A stretch of 25,084 nucleotides of DNA, taken from NCBI GenBank assembly GCA_016839815.1, contig JAEOTM010000119.1:1-25084 (forward strand). The letters are read 5' to 3'. Source of the DNA: Candidatus Hodarchaeota archaeon (lineage in GTDB: Archaea; Asgardarchaeota; Heimdallarchaeia; Hodarchaeales; Hodarchaeaceae). The notes under the pieces are model-generated. The model worked only from the letters and a program-made list of their open reading frames with translations. It made no database searches and had not been told where the DNA came from. The position numbers and the translations under genes are program-made. Positions 17,573-24,411 of this stretch are shown piece by piece (within the stretch, counting starts at the first letter, position 1; each line of letters starts with the position of its first letter).

Positions 17573-19015
17573 TTGAATGACAATAACTCTCCTCAAACAG
17601 TAATACAGAAGCGAGAATATCAATCAGTTATTCTTAAACGGTTGAAAAAGAATTTTTCTCAAGGAATTCATTGTATAGCTGAAGTTGACACCGGTTTGGG
17701 GAAGAGAGTTCTTACATATCTTCTTATAAAAGAAATATTACCTACTCAACGAGTTCTTCTCCTTTTACACTCAACAACCAGCTATTTAGAAACAATCCAC
17801 TATTTTGAAAAAGAATATGGTGGTTTTACGGAGGGAGATTTTCAATCATTCTCTTCACGGACTCCTACTTGGCTACGAAAGAGAATCATCACCGAAGCTC
17901 GAATTGTAGCCTCAACTCCGCAAACTTTTGCTAATGTTTTTGAAAAAATATCTGGGGATAAACCAAAATTTGATGCCATCATCATTAATGAAGTGGATAA
18001 AATAGTAAGACGTCAAGGCGATTCAAGATTACTGATATTTCCTTACAATACTTTAATTCCGTACTTCATTCAATATGCGTGGATCGTTGGTATGACTGGA
18101 ACTCTTCGCGATTCACATATCTTCTATGATCATCGACAGGATCAAATTAAAATTCGAGACGAACGAGTTACCCTAGATAAACGAATTCCAGATTTAGAAA
18201 TTATTTCTATGGATGAATTGTTATCAGAAACAGATGTTGACTCGTACATTCAATATACCAGAATTAAAAAGGAGTTAGTCGAACCGAGTGAATCTTTACG
18301 CACTATTCTCCAGCAGATAGATCAAGGAATCAAAAGTCTCAGGGAACTGATAATCGAGGAACAAATAGCTGAAAATCCCACTCTCCTTGAAATGATTCCT
18401 AATTCACAACTCGCACTTGTATCTGGGATGCTCGAAGCAAATGATACACAGAAGTATAATGGATTGCTGCTTACTCGAAAATATACGGTTTCAATGCAAG
18501 TTGAGAAGTATAGAAAATTCCTCTATCGTCTTAAGAAATTTGGAATAACTAAAGAGATGATTCATGCGATTCCCAACACAAATGCTAAGGTTAAGCAAAT
18601 ACTACATCTTCTTAAAGATCGATCAGATACCTCGAAAACTGTTGTGCTCTGTTCTTACCTAGATACTGCTCATCTACTTGTTGAACGAGTTAGTGCTGAA
18701 GGATTTACCCCTTTCTTGGTAACAGGTGAAGTACGGAATAAGGTTGAAGTTTTAAACGCGTTTAAAAACCATTCAACCAGATCTGTCTTACTTATGACTA
18801 GTGTGGGAGAACGAGATATTGACATTCCACAAGCAGATCTCCTAATAGTATATGATGTAGTAAATACCGTTAAAACAATGTATCAGCGCATGAAACGTAC
18901 CCGAGGAGGAACAGTTCTCACATTATGCTATCGAGAAACTTTTGAAGAGAAGAAAGTTGATCGGTTATTGTTTGAAATATCCAAACGATACCCTTGGTCT
19001 TCTGTAATTCGTTAG
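17573..19015 (+). CDS. Divergent SF2 helicase-like protein (Hef/FANCM/Mph1-like, no nuclease domain)
   Basis: Motifs seen: Q motif REYQ, I DTGLGKR, Ib ASTPQT, II IINEVD, III GMTGT, IV VVLCSY, V TSVGERDIDIP and VI YQRMKRTRG. Confidence 0.78.
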   Translation: MNDNNSPQTVIQKREYQSVILKRLKKNFSQGIHCIAEVDTGLGKRVLTYLLIKEILPTQRVLLLLHSTTSYLETIHYFEKEYGGFTEGDFQSFSSRTPTWLRKRIITEARIVASTPQTFANVFEKISGDKPKFDAIIINEVDKIVRRQGDSRLLIFPYNTLIPYFIQYAWIVGMTGTLRDSHIFYDHRQDQIKIRDERVTLDKRIPDLEIISMDELLSETDVDSYIQYTRIKKELVEPSESLRTILQQIDQGIKSLRELIIEEQIAENPTLLEMIPNSQLALVSGMLEANDTQKYNGLLLTRKYTVSMQVEKYRKFLYRLKKFGITKEMIHAIPNTNAKVKQILHLLKDRSDTSKTVVLCSYLDTAHLLVERVSAEGFTPFLVTGEVRNKVEVLNAFKNHSTRSVLLMTSVGERDIDIPQADLLIVYDVVNTVKTMYQRMKRTRGGTVLTLCYRETFEEKKVDRLLFEISKRYPWSSVIR

Positions 19016-19062
19016 GATCATAATTATCTCAAAAAAACTCAATCAGTGTTGATTTAATAGAT

Positions 19063-19749
19063 TCAGAAAAATCCGAATCCTCCACCCACGAATGAGAAGA
19101 AAACAAAGATCCCAATGAGGGCAATCCAGATTCTTGCATCCCAATCTAGGACTTTAGCCCCATCAAAGACACCTAGTGGTAGTAAATTAAAGAGTCCAAT
19201 AAAGACATTTAATGTTACACCCCACATCCCAGTAAATAACAGAATCCCCGCTAATTCTATGTTTGAGGGGAGTATTACAAAGCTAATTCCAATTATAATA
19301 TAAGAAACTCCTATTAGAATCAGATTTGATATTGGACCAGCAGCAGATACTCGGCCTCTTACGCCAATAGACGATGCTGCTTCTCCCCACCAAAATACAG
19401 CACCTATTGCGAGCATAGGAAATCCAATTATAATTGAAAGTAGAGTAATAAACAGACCTTCTTTTGATATCCGAAAGTATGCCCTAGCACCGTAACGTTG
19501 AGCCGTAAACTTATGCATTAATTCATGTGTAAAGAAACTAAAACCGAAGACTAACAGGAAAATAATAAAATAATCAGGTAAAGATTGTGTTTCGATTAAA
19601 GTATCGAGCATACCAGTTATATAAATGAGTATAGTTGCTGAAATTAACCATGCAATACCTAACTCTGAAAGTTCCTGAACAGATAAGTTTAACTTATCTA
19701 AAATGTTCTGTTTTTCTAGATCCTTTTTCCAATCAAGTTTTTCAGACAT
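19063..19749 (-). CDS. Site-2 protease (peptidase M50) intramembrane zinc metalloprotease
   Basis: It has HELMH (HExxH), SAAGPISN and FNLLPLGVFDG (NxxPxxxxDG), with multiple TM helices. Confidence 0.92.
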   Translation of the reverse strand: MSEKLDWKKDLEKQNILDKLNLSVQELSELGIAWLISATILIYITGMLDTLIETQSLPDYFIIFLLVFGFSFFTHELMHKFTAQRYGARAYFRISKEGLFITLLSIIIGFPMLAIGAVFWWGEAASSIGVRGRVSAAGPISNLILIGVSYIIIGISFVILPSNIELAGILLFTGMWGVTLNVFIGLFNLLPLGVFDGAKVLDWDARIWIALIGIFVFFSFVGGGFGFF

Positions 19750-20190
19750 TTAGTGCATCTCCTTGCATTGATGATCTCCAGCTAGTATATGTTTAGCACA
19801 CAAGAGCTGTCCACAGGCCGCACATCTGAATGGACCATGTACTTCTTTTCCACATGCCCCACAAAAGGCACTTTCAGGAATTTCTTTCTTGAGTAAACTG
19901 TTCGACGAATGATCTTTAACAACTTTAAACGTTTTTAAATCAGGAGAGGCTTCAAATTCTAAATTCAGGCCTTTAATCCGTTCTTTTGTGAAAAGTAATA
20001 TATAAAAATAAATTCCCATGGCCATAATACTGAATCCAATAACAAAAAAGGGTACAGGATCAAATGTAAAGAATAGGGAATCAAATGATAGAGTGGGAAG
20101 AAAAACTGTGTCAATTGAGAACACTGAAACAAAAATCCAAAGTCCAGCAATGAAACCTGAACCATATAGATATTTTGTGCTTAAATCCAT
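19750..20190 (-). CDS. Membrane-anchored AN1-type zinc-finger protein
   Basis: Two N-terminal hydrophobic segments are followed by C-terminal CGACGKEVHGPFRCAACGQLLCAKHILAGDHQC, matching the AN1 pattern C-x2-C-x9-C-x2-C-x4-C-x2-H-x5-H-x-C. ATG 20190 follows AGTGAT; an alternative start is 20220. Confidence 0.8.
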   Translation of the reverse strand: MDLSTKYLYGSGFIAGLWIFVSVFSIDTVFLPTLSFDSLFFTFDPVPFFVIGFSIMAMGIYFYILLFTKERIKGLNLEFEASPDLKTFKVVKDHSSNSLLKKEIPESAFCGACGKEVHGPFRCAACGQLLCAKHILAGDHQCKEMH

Positions 20191-20206
20191 GATGATCACT
20201 GATTTT

Positions 20207-20848
20207 CTATAATCGTTCATAAATCTCGGTTAATTCGTGAATAAGAGGACAGTTATTGATTACTTCATTAAAATCTGTCTGCGTGAACATCCCAGCTCGT
20301 CCAATAAATGAAATTTGATTAGCTTTTGCTCGTTTTGCATCATGTAAACTATCACCGATGAAGAGAATCTCGGAAGAATCTAATGAATGTTGCTCTTTAA
20401 TGTAATTAAAATGATCAGTTCCCTTTTCGAAGCCTGGACGAAACCCTAGAATATCATCTACAATGTCAAAATTGATATTCTTTAAATAAGTAGTAATAAT
20501 TGATTCAATCGTTCCACTAGAAATTCCCAGCAAATAGTTTTGCTCCTTTAATTTATTGAGTACTTCTAATGCATCATTAAAGGGATGTTGATCATAGATT
20601 AGCTCAAGCTTCATTTCTTCAAACTTATTTACAATTTCTGAGTTGTTATCATGTCTAGGAGCGATTATTTCTATCTGTTGAATAAATGGTAAACCAGTAG
20701 TTTCTCGATATTTGGTTCGTGCTTCCTGTTCTGAGAGTGAGAAATATTTCATTAATAATGTAACAGCGTTCTTCTCCAAAAAAGGCATACTATCAATTAG
20801 CGTTCCGTCAAAATCAAAGAGGATATACTTAATGCTTTTATTTGTCAC
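20207..20848 (-). CDS. HAD-superfamily hydrolase (phosphoglycolate phosphatase-like)
   Basis: Motifs seen: I FDFDGTLIDS, II ISSG, III K (GFEKG) and IV FIGDSLHD. Confidence 0.9.
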   Translation of the reverse strand: MTNKSIKYILFDFDGTLIDSMPFLEKNAVTLLMKYFSLSEQEARTKYRETTGLPFIQQIEIIAPRHDNNSEIVNKFEEMKLELIYDQHPFNDALEVLNKLKEQNYLLGISSGTIESIITTYLKNINFDIVDDILGFRPGFEKGTDHFNYIKEQHSLDSSEILFIGDSLHDAKRAKANQISFIGRAGMFTQTDFNEVINNCPLIHELTEIYERL

Positions 20849-21019
20849 TTTACCTAATCGCTCCAGTTAATTACCTTTACTAGTATGATTTAAAATCAAA
20901 CTTGAGTAGGAAAAGTCAATCTATTCACTTGAGGTGACACTTTCTCCATTTACTCAAAAAGACTTTGTACAATAACTTTTTAATAAGCTCCTACTATGAA
21001 ACATTACTGCTGAAGTCAC

Positions 21020-22654
21020 ATGCGTACTTATGATAATATAATAACTCAAATAATTGCATTTTGTCTAATTCTTGGAAGTTTGTGGTTAGTAATATTTCTA
21101 ATTGAGTTAAATCAATTAATCGTTAACGTGCTAATCCTTTCCAGTTTCCTCGTCTTGATTCTGGCCCTTCTGTTTATTTTCTCTAGAATATATAGCCTGA
21201 GAAAGGAAAGGAGTTTGATTCATACAAAATTAGATGGTTTACAATCTATGGGGTTACGTGTTTATCGTAAGCAGTTTGAAAGATTACTTTATTCGCGTGA
21301 TGTAGCTGATCTTCCCAAACTTGGTAAATTCTTATATAATTTTAATGTTTTAGCAGTTTTACAACCTAACGATATTAAACAACTGAAAGGCATTATACAG
21401 TTATGTGAAGAGTTTTCCGTTCCTTTTATTCCTCGTGGAGCAGGAACAGGGGGTTATGGAGGTGTTTTACCTACCAAGAATGGATTTATAGTCATACTCA
21501 CCCAAATCAAGGATATTATATTATTTGATCCAGAAACAAACATTGTAGAAGTAGAAGCCGGGGTAACGTGGGGACGATTACGAGAATTTCTGATCCCGAG
21601 AGGATTTGATCTATTTACATATCCTTCATCTGCACCCTCTTCATCTGTAGGGGGATGGATAGCTTCTGGGGGGTATGGAATTGGGAGTACAAGATTTGGT
21701 AGTATCAATCAAAGTCTTCACTCAATCACACTAGTAGGAACAGATGGTAAAGAATTTGTTATAGATAAGCCTTCGGATTTTGTGGGAAATTTTGGAACTT
21801 TAGGAGTCATATGGAAAATATCCTTGAAGATACGAACAATTCAACCCATGCATCATGTTGCAGTTACTCCAAAATCACATGAAGCGGTCTTTGACCACTA
21901 TAAGGATCTTGAAATGAGAAATCCCTACTATTTACGCTACATTGATCCAGCTAGCTTGGTATGGATTAAAAAAGACAACAAAATGGGGTCAGTTTATAGG
22001 AATGCAAGTTTTGGTATCATATCAGCGAGCTTCTTGGAAGAAGATTGGATTAAATCTCAAGAAAAATTAGAAAATTTAAGTAAATCCCTACCAGATAAAA
22101 TTACTATTGAATTATGGAATGATAGATTCCATACGTTACGGTTAAAGCGAAAAGGACCATCATTAATTATAAGCGAGGTTATTGTACCTTCTAATGCACT
22201 TGATGAATTTCTAATGCTCTTGAGTAAATGGTTTGCCACAGATAAGTATAGTATCGAAATCATCTCTGTAAATAATCAAACTTCTATGGTAATGGTTTGG
22301 TTCCCAACAGACCAAAGAAAACGGAATCTTCCCATAATAGGCTCAATTCCATATCTAATCCATTGGTATAGGTCATTTCAGGTAATTAGGTTAGCTTGGA
22401 GTATTGGAGGATCAACGTACAATAGTGGAGGGTTGTGGCTTAGTCCCTATCCGAATGAAAGTTATAAGGTGCAATTAGAAAACATACATAACATGAAAAG
22501 GAAAACTGATCCCAAGGGTATATTCAATCCGGGAAAAATAGAATCTTCTCGAATTCCACGTTTTTTTCCGATTATACCTTGGGCTTTATTCCTAAAAATT
22601 GGCTTACCAATTGCTAGTATCCTGTATCGTATTATACCTAAAAAGTATCGTTAA
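21020..22654 (+). CDS. FAD-binding oxidoreductase (GlcD/D-lactate dehydrogenase-like, VAO/PCMH family) with an N-terminal membrane anchor
   Basis: It contains PRGAGTGGYGG, VEAGVTW, YPSSAPSSSVGGWIASGGYGIGS, GNFGTLGVI and the C-terminal DPKGIFNPGK. Two hydrophobic helices occupy the first ~58 aa. Confidence 0.87.
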   Translation: MRTYDNIITQIIAFCLILGSLWLVIFLIELNQLIVNVLILSSFLVLILALLFIFSRIYSLRKERSLIHTKLDGLQSMGLRVYRKQFERLLYSRDVADLPKLGKFLYNFNVLAVLQPNDIKQLKGIIQLCEEFSVPFIPRGAGTGGYGGVLPTKNGFIVILTQIKDIILFDPETNIVEVEAGVTWGRLREFLIPRGFDLFTYPSSAPSSSVGGWIASGGYGIGSTRFGSINQSLHSITLVGTDGKEFVIDKPSDFVGNFGTLGVIWKISLKIRTIQPMHHVAVTPKSHEAVFDHYKDLEMRNPYYLRYIDPASLVWIKKDNKMGSVYRNASFGIISASFLEEDWIKSQEKLENLSKSLPDKITIELWNDRFHTLRLKRKGPSLIISEVIVPSNALDEFLMLLSKWFATDKYSIEIISVNNQTSMVMVWFPTDQRKRNLPIIGSIPYLIHWYRSFQVIRLAWSIGGSTYNSGGLWLSPYPNESYKVQLENIHNMKRKTDPKGIFNPGKIESSRIPRFFPIIPWALFLKIGLPIASILYRIIPKKYR

Positions 22655-22685
22655 CCCTAAATGAATCTAAGTAAAACTCGGATTT

Positions 22686-23549
22686 TCAGCCTTTCTTCAT
22701 TATGTTTTTAATGAAAGTTTCAATTTCATTAAATGCAGGTTCTGCATCTGTAGGATTCAAGTACCAGCGCAAAGAGGAAGTATTCATAGTGTATTTTTTC
22801 TTCTCCTCGGCTTTTGCGAGCTTATCAAATATAAAATCAACAGAGCCTTCAGCAGTTTGAGTATTGATGACAAGGGTGGGTTGAGAAATATTAGCTAATC
22901 GATGGTTAGTAAAACCAATCACTCGGTATAACTCAATAAGTGCTGTAGTGGGGCGTTTAGAATAGAAAAATTGTCCTTGATCACGTAATTCGTCATTAAC
23001 ATTTTCTTCTACCATCGCAAAGTCTTTTTTGAAAAACTTAACAAATGGAAGAATGTTCTTTACAAGGGCAGAGGGGGAATGTTGGCTTGGAGAGATTAAG
23101 ATTAATCCGTTAATTGTCACTGAAAGGTGTGAGGCCGCCAGAATCGTTGCAAGGACTGAACCAAGAGCTACTCCTACAACAAAAACATGAGAATACATAT
23201 CTTTCAAATAATAAAGAGAATCTCTAGCTACGGCATACCAATCTAACCACGTAGTATTTCCAAGATCTTCTGGAACACTACCATGACCAGGTAATAAGGG
23301 AGCAATTCCGGAATAACCTTTATTTCGTAGGTATAATCCGAGAGGACGAACTTCGCTAGGCGATGCAGTAAAAGAGTGCAATAACAAGCAGCTAATATTT
23401 TTATTTTCATCAGTTCCCTGAAACTCAAACGGTAAAGCGAGGGGGTCTACATCATGCATTTTAATCATTCTTTCAATGGTTTCATGAATTGCATGCCAGT
23501 TTCCATGGATTTGAGAGGCATATGATAATTCATTGGAACTTCTGGTCAT
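22686..23549 (-). CDS. Alpha/beta-hydrolase fold protein (Est30/monoacylglycerol lipase-like), apparently catalytically inactive
   Basis: LLLHSFTASPSEVRPLG, APLLPGHG and TTWLDWY match the carboxylesterase family, but the nucleophile elbow is GVALG instead of GxSxG. Confidence 0.82.
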   Translation of the reverse strand: MTRSSNELSYASQIHGNWHAIHETIERMIKMHDVDPLALPFEFQGTDENKNISCLLLHSFTASPSEVRPLGLYLRNKGYSGIAPLLPGHGSVPEDLGNTTWLDWYAVARDSLYYLKDMYSHVFVVGVALGSVLATILAASHLSVTINGLILISPSQHSPSALVKNILPFVKFFKKDFAMVEENVNDELRDQGQFFYSKRPTTALIELYRVIGFTNHRLANISQPTLVINTQTAEGSVDFIFDKLAKAEEKKKYTMNTSSLRWYLNPTDAEPAFNEIETFIKNIMKKG

Positions 23550-23579
23550 GGAGAGAAATATTGCTCTTTATTCATTTCC

Positions 23580-23599
23580 AAAAAGATATATATCTTTTT
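23580..23599. promoter_or_regulatory. Perfect 20-bp palindrome AAAAAGATATATATCTTTTT, probable bidirectional BRE/TATA promoter
   Basis: It is self-reverse-complementary, reads purine-rich BRE + TATATA on both strands, and sits in the 66-nt gap between divergent genes. Confidence 0.65.
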
Positions 23600-23615
23600 A
23601 ATTTATGGTATAAAT

Positions 23616-24395
23616 ATGAAATCAATGAGTACAATCCGTACAGGGGTTCAATCATTAGACTTGTTTTTAGGTGGGGAAGATGATCCAGGAATTCCCAATA
23701 AAAGTGTTATTCTCGTATTAGGCGAACCAGGTACAAAATTTGAAGTATTTACTCAACAAATCCTCTTCCATATGCTTAGACATGGAGCTACTGAAAAAGT
23801 TATCTATCTAAACTATGATGGACGACCAAATGAAATTGTAGAAGAGTTGTCCATCTATAATTTCCAGTTAGAACCATTTATTGTAGCTGGAGAGAAATGG
23901 CAATTTATGGATGCATTTTCAGCAAGAATTGCAGCAGAAGGCGCCGTTATTGGACTCCAATCTGAGACTGGGGTTGATCTTGATGATAGATATGCTCAAG
24001 ATTCACTCCGTTTCTTCACACGAAGGTTTATTCCCGAAATTAAGCAATATGATAATGTTTGTACATGTATACACTCTGCCTCCTCATTATTGCGTACGAA
24101 TTCCGTAGAAAGTGTTTCTATTGCAATAGAAACCTTGAAATATGTATCTCGAGATTTAGGATCAGGATTGCACTTTATACTGATGGTAAAAAATCTACAC
24201 GATCCTAATGTTGAAGTTCTTGCATCTCATATTGCAGATTTTGTTTTTGATATCTCATTCGGCCGAGTCGGCGCTGGTAAAATCGCTATCAATTTTTCTG
24301 TTCAGAAAGCTTGGAAATCAGTACTTCTACCGATTTCAGTTCCCATGACCATCGATCGAAAAGGAATCCGTCTGGAAACAACCGTACGAGTTTGA
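23616..24395 (+). CDS. RAD55/KaiC-like RecA-superfamily ATPase, inactivated
   Basis: IRTGVQSLDLFLGG..GIP..SVILVLGEPG, VIYLNYD, FMDAFS and HIADFVFDI give the KaiC/RAD55 scaffold. Walker A is GEPGTKFE and the Walker B position is CIHS. Confidence 0.82.
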   Translation: MKSMSTIRTGVQSLDLFLGGEDDPGIPNKSVILVLGEPGTKFEVFTQQILFHMLRHGATEKVIYLNYDGRPNEIVEELSIYNFQLEPFIVAGEKWQFMDAFSARIAAEGAVIGLQSETGVDLDDRYAQDSLRFFTRRFIPEIKQYDNVCTCIHSASSLLRTNSVESVSIAIETLKYVSRDLGSGLHFILMVKNLHDPNVEVLASHIADFVFDISFGRVGAGKIAINFSVQKAWKSVLLPISVPMTIDRKGIRLETTVRV

Positions 24396-24411
24396 GATTT
24401 CTCTGAGTAGA

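Noticed and set aside
17573-19015. Possible defence-system helicase (Cas3, restriction or RIG-I-like)
   Set aside because: No HD nuclease, methylase, cas gene or other defence gene is nearby, and the motifs fit the Hef/Mph1 family better.
392-24108. Numerous 60-116 aa ORFs nested in or antisense to long genes (e.g. 392..667, 5393..5707, 6321..6671, 10898..11200, 15306..15569, 19965..20165, 23911..24108)
   Set aside because: They overlap well-supported genes and show no motifs or expression signals. Such ORFs are expected shadows.
23616-24395. Possible RadA/RadB recombinase or circadian KaiC
   Set aside because: It is a single domain with degenerate Walker motifs, no RadA N-terminal HhH domain and no kaiA/kaiB nearby.
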